Below are positions 9,316-18,780 of a stretch of DNA of 64,000 nucleotides, piece by piece. The first letter of the stretch is position 1; every line of letters starts with the position of its first letter. Location of the stretch: NCBI GenBank assembly GCA_963717145.1, contig OY970325.1:3712001-3776000 (forward strand). Direction: 5' to 3'. The notes under the pieces are model-generated. The model was not told the DNA's origin. It saw nothing but the letters and a program-made list of their open reading frames with translations, and did no database searches. This DNA is from an uncultured Armatimonadetes bacterium. Its GTDB lineage: Bacteria; Armatimonadota; UBA5829; DTJY01. The position numbers and the translations under genes were made by a program.

Positions 9316-9564
9316 ATGGTCAGAGCCCTTGTGTTGATGCACGTGGACCGCGGGCAGGTGCCCAAGACCGCGAAGAAACTCGCGGAGATGGATGAGGTCG
9401 TCGACGTCTACTCCGTCGCCGGCGGATACGATCTGGTGGCGATCGTCCAGACGGAGGAGTACGAGCGACTCGCGGAGGTAGTCACGGAGAAACTGCAGTC
9501 GGTGGACACGATCCACGACACTACCACGTTGATGGCATTCAGAAGCTACAAGTTCTCGGCTTAA
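9316..9564 (+). CDS. Stand-alone Lrp/AsnC ligand-binding domain protein
   Basis: VYSVAGGYDLVAIV...TTTLMAF; 82 aa without HTH; AGGAGG RBS. Confidence 0.85.
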   Translation: MVRALVLMHVDRGQVPKTAKKLAEMDEVVDVYSVAGGYDLVAIVQTEEYERLAEVVTEKLQSVDTIHDTTTLMAFRSYKFSA

Positions 9565-9578
9565 GGGAGGTGACGGAA

Positions 9579-10610
9579 ATGATCCAATCGGCTCTGAGAA
9601 AACTCACCGTGGGCGAGCACCTGTCGGAGGAAGAGATATTCGACATAATCGGCCACATCCGGACCGGCGAGATAACCGATGTACAGATCGCCGGGTTCCT
9701 GGTCGCCCTGCTCATGAAAGGCCCGACGATCCGCGAAGTCGCGTCGATCGCTCGGGCGATGCGTGCCAACTGCGAGCAGATATCGCCCAAGGTAGACGGC
9801 GATCTCGTCGATACGTGCGGCACGGGCGGCGGCAAGACCACGTTCAACTGCTCCACGGCGGTCGCAGTGGTCGCCGCATCGGGCGGCCTCAACATCGCAA
9901 AGCACGGCAGCCGGTCGCTCTCATCGCTGTCGGGAAGTGCGGATGCATTCGAGAAGCTCGGTGTCGCGATCGACCTGACGCCCAAGCAGGCGGAGAAGCT
10001 GATCGAAGCAGCAGGCATCAGCTTCCTGTACGCCCCGAATTTCCATCCCGTAATGCACAAAGTCCTTCCGCCGGAGATGGCGCTCGGGATCAAGACGATC
10101 TTCTACACGATCATCGGCCCACTGATCAACCCAGCGGATGCGAAGCGCCACATACTCGGCGTCTACAGGCTCGAGTTGGTCGAGATGGTGGCCGATATCC
10201 TGGTCGAACTCCAGTTCACCCACGCGCTGGTCGTACACGGGCTCGATACGCTCGACGAGATCTCCGTGATCGGCAAGACGTCGGTCGCCGAGGTCAAGGA
10301 CGGCTGGGCGAGGAAGTACGAGCTTCGCCCGGAGGACCTCGGTCTGCCGAGATACACGTATGAGGAGCTTGTCGGCGGCACCCCGGAGCAGAACGCCGAG
10401 ATACTCAAGGCAATCCTCACGGGCAAGGAGAAGGGCGCGCGGAGAGATATGGTCGTCGCGAACGCCGCGGGCGCATTGATGGTCGGCGGCAAGGCGGAGG
10501 ATCTGCGGGCCGGCGTCAAACTTGCCCAGGAGTTGATCGACAGCGGCACAGCGCAGAAGAAGCTCGAACAGCTCATCACCGAGTCGAACCGTATCGCGGC
10601 GTCGGGATAG
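9579..10610 (+). CDS. trpD: Anthranilate phosphoribosyltransferase
   Basis: DTCGTGGG, AKHGSRS, GSAD, GPLINP and LDEIS motifs. Confidence 0.95.
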   Translation: MIQSALRKLTVGEHLSEEEIFDIIGHIRTGEITDVQIAGFLVALLMKGPTIREVASIARAMRANCEQISPKVDGDLVDTCGTGGGKTTFNCSTAVAVVAASGGLNIAKHGSRSLSSLSGSADAFEKLGVAIDLTPKQAEKLIEAAGISFLYAPNFHPVMHKVLPPEMALGIKTIFYTIIGPLINPADAKRHILGVYRLELVEMVADILVELQFTHALVVHGLDTLDEISVIGKTSVAEVKDGWARKYELRPEDLGLPRYTYEELVGGTPEQNAEILKAILTGKEKGARRDMVVANAAGALMVGGKAEDLRAGVKLAQELIDSGTAQKKLEQLITESNRIAASG

Positions 10611-10617
10611 GTAAGAC

Positions 10618-11325
10618 ATGTCGGTTGGCAGATTCTCAAAGGCCCTGGCGGCGGCTCGTGCTTCCGGCAGGGCTCCGATCATCTCTGAGATAAAGAGCAT
10701 AAGCCCCAAGGAAGGCGATCTTCTCGCGGGTCGGGATCCGGCGGCCCTGGCGAACACCATGGGGGCGGCCGGCGCGGCGTGCATCTCGGTCGTAACCGAG
10801 CCGCATGACTTCGGCGGGAGCATCGATCTGCTCCGAGCCGTATCGGCGGCCGTATCGCTCCCGGTCCTGCGCAAGGACTTCGTGACTTGCAGCGAGGACG
10901 TCAGGATCACGCAGGAGGCAGGCGCGTCCTGTCTCCTGCTCACGGTCTCGATGCTCGACTGGCCGCTGCTGATGGAGTTGCACAGGGAGGCCCACGAGAT
11001 CGGCATCGAGACGCTGGTGGAGGTCCACAACGAGTCCGAACTCCGGAAGGCGCTGACTCTCGATCTCGACCTGCTCGGCATCAACAACCGGGACATCCTG
11101 GTTCTGGAGCGGGACGATGGTACGGTGTCGAATACGTTGGATCTGATCCGCATAGTCCCCGTGGGCATCTCGGTTATCAGTGAGAGCGCCATCTCGACGC
11201 CGGAGGAAGTGACAGCGCTGTTGGAGGTGGGCGCATCCGGGCTGCTCGTCGGTACCTCGATCCTGATGGCGACGGATACGGCGGCGGCCGTCCGACGACT
11301 GGTTTCGGCCGCGCTGTCATTCTGA
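10618..11325 (+). CDS. trpC: Indole-3-glycerol phosphate synthase
   Basis: IISEIK..SP, LRKDF, LVEVH, GINNRD and SES motifs. Confidence 0.92.
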   Translation: MSVGRFSKALAAARASGRAPIISEIKSISPKEGDLLAGRDPAALANTMGAAGAACISVVTEPHDFGGSIDLLRAVSAAVSLPVLRKDFVTCSEDVRITQEAGASCLLLTVSMLDWPLLMELHREAHEIGIETLVEVHNESELRKALTLDLDLLGINNRDILVLERDDGTVSNTLDLIRIVPVGISVISESAISTPEEVTALLEVGASGLLVGTSILMATDTAAAVRRLVSAALSF

Positions 11326-11331
11326 GACAGG

Positions 11332-11404
11332 GCTGTCATTCTGAGCGAAGCGAGGAATCCGGCCCGACGCAGAACAGATTCTTCGCTTCGCTCAGAATGA
11401 CAGC
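11332..11404. repeat. REP-like family C palindrome between trpC and trpF
   Basis: GCTGTCATTCTGAGCGAAGCGAGGAATC...GATTCTTCGCTTCGCTCAGAATGACAGC. Confidence 0.8.
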
Positions 11405-11423
11405 CGTGGTTACGGTTAACTCC

Positions 11424-12104
11424 ATGGTCAGAGTCAAGATCTGCGGCAATACGGACACGGAACAGATCAACATGTGCGTCCGAGCCGGCGCGGATGCCGT
11501 GGGATTCGTCGTCGAGTATCCCGTTCCCGTGCCATGGAACCTGACTCGGGAGGAGGCACGTGACCTCCTGCCCGTCGTCCTACCGTTCGTGAGCCGAGCG
11601 GTGGTGACCGGCGGCCCGGCGGAAGTCGTCCTCGCCATCGCCGAGTTCCTGTCGCCGGACGTCATTCAGCTTCATACGGATAACACGGTGGACGAGACGG
11701 CTCTGATCGCGCGGGAACTCGCTCTGAAGCATATAGGATTGATCCGGGCACTGAGGATCGATGTCGCCGCCGGAGTCGCATCCGGCGAGATCGATGATCC
11801 GGTCGAGGCAGCCCTTGCTCTCCAGGAAACAGGCATCTCAGCCCTGCTTGTCGATGCCCGAACCGACAGCATGCCGGCGGGCACCGGACTGAGCGTGAGT
11901 TGGGACCTCGCGCGCACAATCCGCGATTCGATCCGCATTCCGCTCATACTGGCGGGCGGCTTGAATCCCGGCAACGTCCGCGAGGCGATTGATGCGGTCC
12001 GGCCATACGGCGTGGACGTGATTTCGGGCGTCGAGGCGTCCCGGCGACTCAAGGATCCCGCGCTGGTGGAGGAGTTCATCCGCCGGGCGAAGGGAATGGA
12101 GTGA
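11424..12104 (+). CDS. trpF: Phosphoribosylanthranilate isomerase
   Basis: VKICG, VIQLH, LILAGGLNPGNV and GVDVISGVE motifs. Confidence 0.93.
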   Translation: MVRVKICGNTDTEQINMCVRAGADAVGFVVEYPVPVPWNLTREEARDLLPVVLPFVSRAVVTGGPAEVVLAIAEFLSPDVIQLHTDNTVDETALIARELALKHIGLIRALRIDVAAGVASGEIDDPVEAALALQETGISALLVDARTDSMPAGTGLSVSWDLARTIRDSIRIPLILAGGLNPGNVREAIDAVRPYGVDVISGVEASRRLKDPALVEEFIRRAKGME

Positions 12105-12117
12105 CGGAGTGACTGCC

Positions 12118-13365
12118 ATGTACGACAAGCTCGACCAACTGACCACAGGCTGCATGAGGTGCGGGAGCTGCAACGCAGTCTGCCCGTCCATTCAGGAACT
12201 CGGGGCGGAGAGCCTCTCCCCGCGGGCACGTGTGCGCGTCGTCCACGGACTCATCACCGGCGAGGTCGAGCTTTCCCCGCGCTATCAGGAGATCATCGGG
12301 ACGTGCATGAACTGCATGGCGTGCGCCGAGGAGTGCCCGAGCGGAATCCGTCCGAACGAGGTCGTGCTCAACGCGCGAGGGCAGATGGCCCTGGAGAAGG
12401 GTCTGCCGCTCGTCAAGCGGATGATCTTCCGCCGTGCGATGCGCATGAGGCGGATGTTCCCGGCCGGCGCAAAACTGATGGGCATGCTCCAGCGCGCCTC
12501 GTTCATCGGCAAGCCCTGGAGTCCAGCCCGGCTCGCTCTCCCACTCATGGGAATGAAGCTCGACAAGCAGATCCCCTACTTCGACCTGAAGCCGTTCCTC
12601 GAACGCACGGCGGAGCTCGTCCCCGCAACGAACCGCAAGTGCCGAGTGGCCTATTACGTCGGATGCTCGGGCAACCTGATCTACCCCGAGATCGGCGAGG
12701 CGGTCGTCGGGCTGCTCAACCATTACGGCGTCGAGGTCGTCATCCCGAAGGGCCAGATGTGCTGTGGAACACCGCTCTACAACTCCGGCGATCTCGTCGG
12801 GGCAGCATATTTCGCCCGACAAAACCTGCGCGCGTTCGAGGGCCTCGAGGTCGATGCGATCATCACGGCCTGCGGGACATGCGGGATGTCGTGGCGACGG
12901 GAATGGAGCGAACTGCTGGGGGTCGATGTGCCGGAAGGCGTGTCATCGAAGATATACGACATTGCCGAGTTCCTGACCGACTGCCTGGGGATCGACTCGA
13001 TCGAGTCAATCGCCGAACGGAACGTGCGGCTGACCTACCACGATGCATGCCACCTGGTCCGCGGCATGAGGGTCGCCAATCAGCCGAGGAAGCTCCTGTC
13101 GTCGCTGCCGGGAGTCGAACTGGTGGAGATGAACGAGGCCGACAAGTGCTGTGGCGGAGCGGGGGCATTCAGCATCTACCATCCCGACCTGTCGAGGGCG
13201 GTCGGAAGTCACAAGGCCGAGAGTATTGCGAAGACCGAAGCGGATATGATCGTAACCGGATGCCCCTCGTGCATGATGCAGCTCGATGAAGTGCTCCACC
13301 TCGCCAGATCGCCCCGCCCGGTCACTCACACCGCGTGCGTGCTGTGGGAGATGGTTAATGGTTGA
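12118..13365 (+). CDS. glcF: GlcF-like Fe-S oxidoreductase subunit (2x[4Fe-4S] plus two CCG domains)
   Basis: CMRCGSCNAVCP, CMNCMACAEECP, QMCCG, YHDACHL and KCCGGAG motifs. Confidence 0.85.
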   Translation: MYDKLDQLTTGCMRCGSCNAVCPSIQELGAESLSPRARVRVVHGLITGEVELSPRYQEIIGTCMNCMACAEECPSGIRPNEVVLNARGQMALEKGLPLVKRMIFRRAMRMRRMFPAGAKLMGMLQRASFIGKPWSPARLALPLMGMKLDKQIPYFDLKPFLERTAELVPATNRKCRVAYYVGCSGNLIYPEIGEAVVGLLNHYGVEVVIPKGQMCCGTPLYNSGDLVGAAYFARQNLRAFEGLEVDAIITACGTCGMSWRREWSELLGVDVPEGVSSKIYDIAEFLTDCLGIDSIESIAERNVRLTYHDACHLVRGMRVANQPRKLLSSLPGVELVEMNEADKCCGGAGAFSIYHPDLSRAVGSHKAESIAKTEADMIVTGCPSCMMQLDEVLHLARSPRPVTHTACVLWEMVNG

Positions 13366-13425
13366 TGGCTGATGGTTAATGGCGGAATGGCTCCCATCAA
13401 CCATGAACCATCAGCCATCAACCAT
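13351..13425. repeat. Heptamer tandem-repeat hairpin (ATGGTTR)n...(CCATCAA)n
   Basis: A related element lies at 46060-46149; octamer analogues at 27765-27820 and 61037-61118. Confidence 0.8.
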
Positions 13426-14043
13426 CTCCCCTCCCCTAGCTTTTCCACGAACTCTCTGCGAGTTCATGATGTACGGCTCTTTTGCCGACATCGGAAGCAC
13501 TCGGCCCATGATCTGCTCGGTCGGAATCGGGCCGAAGTTTCGGCTGTCGAGCGATATGTTCTGCGCGTCACCGACGAGGAAGACCCTGCCTTCAGGCACA
13601 TAGAGATGCTGGAGTCGCCCAAGGCCCGGATTGCGGCTGAGCACCCTCTGAACGCGCGAGACGTCATGAGGCTTCACGACCTCGGTGTAGCGATGACTGT
13701 TGCCATCGGGCGCATACTCGATCAGCCAGAGATCCTCGCCAGGCCCGGCGGCAACCCGCTTTACGCAGGTCTCACCGTCGGCGATGGCCACGACGATCTC
13801 ACCCCTGGTGGGGGAGGTGTGCTCGTAGAAGCCCTTGTCGAGCACGAAGACGTAATTCGGCTTCAGGGTCGGGGTCATCGACTCGCCCACGACTATCCCG
13901 AGCCTGAATGGAGAGAACCTCAGCACCAGCGCGCCCAATACCAGCACGGAGCCGAGCGCGAGGAGATGGACGTACCCGCGCTGCCTCGAACGTCTCGGGC
14001 GACGGCCGGACTGCATCTCGCTCAGGTTTATCGCGTAAGCCAT
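13411..14043 (-). CDS. lepB: Signal peptidase I
   Basis: GESMTPTL (catalytic Ser), VKRV (catalytic Lys), GD...SLDSRNFGPI. Confidence 0.93.
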   Translation of the reverse strand: MAYAINLSEMQSGRRPRRSRQRGYVHLLALGSVLVLGALVLRFSPFRLGIVVGESMTPTLKPNYVFVLDKGFYEHTSPTRGEIVVAIADGETCVKRVAAGPGEDLWLIEYAPDGNSHRYTEVVKPHDVSRVQRVLSRNPGLGRLQHLYVPEGRVFLVGDAQNISLDSRNFGPIPTEQIMGRVLPMSAKEPYIMNSQRVRGKARGGEMVDG

Positions 14044-14081
14044 CTCGGACCCCCTTCCCGGTCATTCCTCTCTCACACTCT

Positions 14082-14109
14082 TAGACGCTGTATGTACCCG
14101 CAAGGTTTT
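14082..14109 (-). promoter_or_regulatory. ECF-type promoter upstream of lepB
   Basis: Minus strand reads AAAC-N17-CGTCTA, resembling SigW/SigM-class promoters. Confidence 0.4.
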
Positions 14110-14204
14110 ATGGAATTTGCCCTGAGAGCAGGAATTCCGCAAGCCGGTCTTCAATACTCAAAGTTAGACCGCAGACAGCACCGTTCACTTCAATGGAGTT
14201 GAGC

Positions 14205-15437
14205 ATGAAACTTGAAGTCGCCTCCCGCGTCGCCCGCATGGCCGATGAAGCCACCGATCTCCTGTGCAAGCTGATCGCCATTCCGAGCGTAACCGGCCAC
14301 GAAGCCGAAGCTCAGGTGTACCTCGCCGGGCATCTCCGCGCTCTCGGATTCGACCCACAGCTTATTCCCATCCATGAGGGGATCGAATCGGACGAGGATT
14401 ATACCCCTGTCCCGAACCACAAGGGCTATCAGGACCGGGCGAACGTCGTCCTGAGCATCCTCGGTTCCGGCGGCGGACGGAGCATCCTCCTCAACTCCCA
14501 CATGGACGTGGTTCCCGGCGCGGACGAGCTGTTCGCGCCCCGGGTCGAGGACGGAGTGATCTATGGTCGGGGCGCGTGCGATGCGAAGGGTCAATGCGTG
14601 GTCATCATCCTTGCGCTGAATGCCCTCAAGGCCGCCGGTGTGAAGCTCAGAGGCGACGTGACCGCCGAGTTCGTGATCGAGGAGGAGGCCGGTGGGAACG
14701 GCGCGCTCTCGGTCATCATGGACGGCTATCGTGCCGACGGCGCGATCATCCTCGAAGGGACGGACCTCAAGATCGCCCCCGCGAATCGAGGCGCGGTGTG
14801 GTTCAAGCTCGACGTCGAGGGTAAGGCGACGCACATGGGCCGATGGCGCGAGGGAGTGAACGCGATCGACGAGACCACTGCGATACTCGACATCATGCGG
14901 GAATACGAGAAGCAGTTGGTCGCGGGGTCTCACGGCGATCCCCTGTTCCCCGATCCGGCGAGCACGGTGAAGGTGAACCTCGGCACGATCCACGGCGGTG
15001 AGTGGCCCTCGATGGTCGCTCCGAGATGCACGGTCGAGGGCGGGATCGGCTTCCTGCCGAACAAGCGGCTGCGTGAGGTCCGTGACGAGGTCCGGGCAGC
15101 GATAGAGGCTGGTGCGAGCGAGTGGGCGAGGGATCACTATGAGCTGACGTTCAACCGCCTGCACAACGAGGCATATCGCACCGATCCCGAGCACCCGATG
15201 GTCAAGACGCTCCAGGCGTCCGCGGAGTCGGTGCTCGGCTCGGCGGAGATCATCGGGATGACGGCCTCATGCGATGCGCGGCTCTTCTATCACCGTGGCG
15301 GGATGCCGACAGTCGTCTTCGGCCCGAGCGACATCTCGTTCGCCCATGCGGCCCACGAGCAGGTCAAGGTGAAGGATATCGTCTCAGCCGCCCAGATCCT
15401 GGCAACATTCATGGTCGACTGGTGCGGAGCGGAGTAG
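14205..15437 (+). CDS. M20 family ArgE/DapE-like deacylase
   Basis: NSHMDVVP, GRGACDAKG and IEEE metal-binding motifs; C-terminal AHAAHE. Confidence 0.9.
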   Translation: MKLEVASRVARMADEATDLLCKLIAIPSVTGHEAEAQVYLAGHLRALGFDPQLIPIHEGIESDEDYTPVPNHKGYQDRANVVLSILGSGGGRSILLNSHMDVVPGADELFAPRVEDGVIYGRGACDAKGQCVVIILALNALKAAGVKLRGDVTAEFVIEEEAGGNGALSVIMDGYRADGAIILEGTDLKIAPANRGAVWFKLDVEGKATHMGRWREGVNAIDETTAILDIMREYEKQLVAGSHGDPLFPDPASTVKVNLGTIHGGEWPSMVAPRCTVEGGIGFLPNKRLREVRDEVRAAIEAGASEWARDHYELTFNRLHNEAYRTDPEHPMVKTLQASAESVLGSAEIIGMTASCDARLFYHRGGMPTVVFGPSDISFAHAAHEQVKVKDIVSAAQILATFMVDWCGAE

Positions 15438-15455
15438 GTGCTGGATCTCGGGTGA

Positions 15456-15869
15456 TCAAAGGCCTGTCTGAGCTAGGAATTCGGCGGGCGAAACGATGGC
15501 GCAGTTCCGAAACTTCTTCAGGCGTAAGAGGTGTTTCCTGTCACCGGAGACTATGTAGTCAGCTTGCGCCTCTATTGCACATTCCAAGACACGGGTATCG
15601 TCTCCGATACTCTCTTCGTCGGCGATCAAGTCTGTCTTTGGATGTAACACGGCACAGAATGCAAGAACCTTGCGGATGAGCAATTCCACCACGAGTTCCT
15701 CACGAGAGAACTTGTCTCGCAGCACGTGGGCAAGCTCCTCTATCAAGTAAGGTGAGGTGAACGCCTCAATCGCTCCAGTCCTGGCTAGCGATACCACCTC
15801 GCTGGGTTTCCCACCAGGAAACATCACCGCTGAAACCAGCACATTCGTGTCCAGCACGACCCGTATCAA
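15456..15869 (-). CDS. PIN domain toxin
   Basis: VVLDTNVLVSA, DD..VLECA and IVSGD motifs. Confidence 0.9.
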   Translation of the reverse strand: MIRVVLDTNVLVSAVMFPGGKPSEVVSLARTGAIEAFTSPYLIEELAHVLRDKFSREELVVELLIRKVLAFCAVLHPKTDLIADEESIGDDTRVLECAIEAQADYIVSGDRKHLLRLKKFRNCAIVSPAEFLAQTGL

Positions 15870-16126
15870 GCTCTGTACTTCTCCCTGAGTGATTCCCGGA
15901 CCTCATCCACCAAGCGCTCTACGTCATCTTCCGAGGAAACGCCCATCTTGCGGGCCTGTTCCGCCATATCAGCTTGGAGATCCTCCCAGGAGATGTGCTT
16001 GTCCATGTACTCCAGAATTGCCTCTCGAAGTACCGAACTACGAGTCCGGCGCTTGCGTTTCGCCAGACGATCGAGTTCCTGCACAATCTGGTCAGAGATG
16101 GATATGTTAATACTCTTCGATGCCAT
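15866..16126 (-). CDS. CopG/RHH antitoxin
   Basis: SINISISD...ELDRLAK...TRSSVLREAI; overlaps the toxin start. Confidence 0.85.
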   Translation of the reverse strand: MASKSINISISDQIVQELDRLAKRKRRTRSSVLREAILEYMDKHISWEDLQADMAEQARKMGVSSEDDVERLVDEVRESLREKYRA

Positions 16127-16147
16127 AGTCAATCACCTCCTACTTCA

Positions 16148-17647
16148 GAAAGAGTTCACGATCGTTGATAGTGAAGTTTGTCAGGCTGGATCGGTCGCGG
16201 GTGTCTGAGGAACGCCCATGAGCATCCGCCGGCATGACTCCATCGCATCTTCACCACGCAAGTGCCAGGTCCCGAATAGACTCATCAGCGCCATGCGGGT
16301 CTCAGATCCCTTGGCCGACCGTGTGCCGCCGCTGATCTTGCGAGCCGTTACCGCAGGCCGGATCGCTCGCTCGGCCGCGTTGTTCTCGCTTGGTACTTCC
16401 GGACATTCTACGAAGACAAACAGCTCCGGCAGGAACCTCTCGATCCGCTGAGCCAGTATCCGCTGGGGAACATCCCGCTTCAGGTATGGCCTGGCGAGCC
16501 GATACAACTCTTCCTCGAATGCGATCCGCTGCTCGTGCCGAGCCTTCGACTCCTCGTTCGAATATCTCTTCGCGCGTCTGTAAACGGCCTTGACCTTGCC
16601 GACCCAGACTGCTACCCCTCTCTTGTCAGGGTTCGCCTCGACGAGCGTTCGCAAGTCCCGCAGGTAGTGCACCCAGCACCGCTGATGCCGCCCCAAGAGC
16701 ACGTTGTAACCGCAGTAGAAGTCGCTTACGACTACACCGCCGTAGTCCTCTCCCAGCACATCCTTTGCGACCTCTCCGCTCCGACTCTTGTCTCGGATGA
16801 AGTAGCGCACGCGTGGCGTCGAGAAGCTCCAGATGTATCCGTTCCTCCCGTCTTCCCGCCAGCCGGTCTCATCCGCGTTCACCGCAGGGCTTCCCCGCAC
16901 CGCATGAAGAAGCTTCTCTACCTCCGACTTCCCCATGGATGCTACCGTATGTAGTATCTTTGTGATCTCTCCGCGCCCGAGATGCAGACCGTAGAGTGAT
17001 TCCAGAAGCTTCTGCACACGCTCGACCGGCATTCTACCGACCGTGTGGAGATAGCTCACCAGGCTCATCAGCCGGATGCCCACCCGGTGTGTCCCGACCA
17101 CCTCTTCGGAGAGGTCGAGCTTCGGCACGTGTATCTTGTGGCAGACTCCGCAGTACCGTCCGATCACCAGGTGCTCGATGATCCTGACCGGCATCACCGG
17201 TATCTCGATCACCTGCCGGCTGTGATGCATCGTGCCGCCGGAGAGCTTCCTGCCGCAGTCGGGACAGGTGTCGAGCGCGTGCTCCACGATCTCCGTGGGG
17301 GTCTCCCTCAAGCGGGCAAACGACTTCTGCCGCTTCTTGCGATCCTTCTTCTTGCGCTCGGGCCGGTTTGCCTTCACAAAGGCAGGTATCGTCCTGCCGC
17401 CGCCACCGAGCTTGGACCGGAGTTCTTCATTCTCCTTCTCAAGCGCTCGGACGCGTTCGGTCAGGGTGTCTACACCTTCACGCAACTCCAGGACGGCCTG
17501 ATGCTGCTCTCGGATCGCCTGGTGCTGCTCCAAGACGATGCCGATCAGTTCTTCTCTTGATAGGTTGCCGAGATCGTTCACAACCTACCATTCGACAGCC
17601 GATCCTGGGGTACCTTCCTCAGATTATCAATGATCGTGAACTCTTAC
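16148..17647 (-). mobile_element. IS66 family (single-ORF, ISBst12-like) element, copy 1
   Basis: TIRs GAAAGAGTTCACGATCGTTGATA / TATCAATGATCGTGAACTCTTAC; 8-bp target duplication CTACTTCA at 16140-16147 and 17648-17655; 1500 bp. Confidence 0.95.
16181..17581 (-). CDS. IS66 family transposase
   Basis: Coiled coil, CPDCG zinc ribbon, ADETGW, SDFY, QRCWVH and NNAAERAIR motifs. Confidence 0.95.
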   Translation of the reverse strand: MNDLGNLSREELIGIVLEQHQAIREQHQAVLELREGVDTLTERVRALEKENEELRSKLGGGGRTIPAFVKANRPERKKKDRKKRQKSFARLRETPTEIVEHALDTCPDCGRKLSGGTMHHSRQVIEIPVMPVRIIEHLVIGRYCGVCHKIHVPKLDLSEEVVGTHRVGIRLMSLVSYLHTVGRMPVERVQKLLESLYGLHLGRGEITKILHTVASMGKSEVEKLLHAVRGSPAVNADETGWREDGRNGYIWSFSTPRVRYFIRDKSRSGEVAKDVLGEDYGGVVVSDFYCGYNVLLGRHQRCWVHYLRDLRTLVEANPDKRGVAVWVGKVKAVYRRAKRYSNEESKARHEQRIAFEEELYRLARPYLKRDVPQRILAQRIERFLPELFVFVECPEVPSENNAAERAIRPAVTARKISGGTRSAKGSETRMALMSLFGTWHLRGEDAMESCRRMLMGVPQTPATDPA

Positions 17648-18700
17648 CTACTTCAACACATCCTCGCCCTTACGGTACTTGGCGAGGAGCTTCCAGTAAT
17701 CCGGATGCTCGTTGCCGAGCCGCCAGATCGAGATCCCCGCGACCCCGAACTCCTGGGCGAGCGCGATCTTGTGCCTCATGCTGTCAGGGTCCTCGTACCA
17801 CACCTCGTGCTTCGTGCCATCGTCAGCCTTGTATGAAAACCAGTGGTATTTCCGCTCATCATCCCACTTGATCTCCGGCTTCACCTCGGCGATCAACTCT
17901 CCGACTGACTTGCTGGTGTGCGACTTAGACCCGCCGTCTTCCTGCCAATCGCGGCCGTAGAATGGGACGCCGAGCACGACTTTCTCCCTGGGAATGACGC
18001 TGGTCGCATATTCCAGTACCCTGCGCACCCATGTGGCCGAGCCGATCGGACCCGGAGGGCCACTGCTCCAGTGCTCGTCATATGCCATCAACATCACCAG
18101 GTCACAGCTCTTACCAAGCGCCACATAGTCGTAAGCGCCCGACCACTCGGCTTCCGGAGCATCGCGTGTCTTGGCCGGGACATCGATCGTGACCGTCAGC
18201 TTCTTAGCATGGAACCTGTCCGCAAGCTCGCTCACGAAGGCGCTGAGATGAGGGCGGTCCTCTTTCGGGATGTTCTCGATGTCTATGTTGATCCCCGGAG
18301 CCTGCCATTTCCCGGTAATATCCAGAAGTTGGTCGATCACCTTCGCGCGCTTGGCCGGATCGATCAGCACCTGGTGGCCGACATCCTTGCTGAACCCGCC
18401 GTTCGTCACCAGCGGAAGGAGCTTGATGCCCTTTTCCTTGGCAAAGGCGACCAGGTAATTGTCCTTCCCGCTCTTGACGTTGCCCTCGGTGTCCGCGATG
18501 GCGACGCGGGTCGGGCAGAGGTGGGTCAGCACTTTGTAGTTCTCATGGATGCAAGGGTACATCGACCGGTCGCTCTTGCCGGGCACCCAGAAGTAGCCGA
18601 TCACGAGGCGCTCGCTGTCCATAGGCTTAGTGTTCCCTCTCGTGAGTATGAAGACCGCCGCAAACAGCACGGCGAGAATCAGGCAGTGTTTTCGTTTCAT
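17648..18700 (-). CDS. Secreted glycoside hydrolase family 18 (YaaH/YdhD-like)
   Basis: GINIDIE, LMAYDEH, GVPFYGRDW and IWRLG motifs; signal peptide. Confidence 0.9.
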   Translation of the reverse strand: MKRKHCLILAVLFAAVFILTRGNTKPMDSERLVIGYFWVPGKSDRSMYPCIHENYKVLTHLCPTRVAIADTEGNVKSGKDNYLVAFAKEKGIKLLPLVTNGGFSKDVGHQVLIDPAKRAKVIDQLLDITGKWQAPGINIDIENIPKEDRPHLSAFVSELADRFHAKKLTVTIDVPAKTRDAPEAEWSGAYDYVALGKSCDLVMLMAYDEHWSSGPPGPIGSATWVRRVLEYATSVIPREKVVLGVPFYGRDWQEDGGSKSHTSKSVGELIAEVKPEIKWDDERKYHWFSYKADDGTKHEVWYEDPDSMRHKIALAQEFGVAGISIWRLGNEHPDYWKLLAKYRKGEDVLK

Positions 18701-18780
18701 GTCTTCCTTATGTAGTGGCCGTGCCTCCGTGCCGGCCTGACCATGTCGATGGCCGGCACGGAGGCACGGCCACTACATTG

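Noticed and set aside
8976-9365. N-terminal extensions of melA and similar genes (46088, 47893, 38541, 63234 starts)
   Set aside because: The extensions run through repeats or neighbouring genes; downstream starts have better RBS support or coincide with the start of the recognisable domain.
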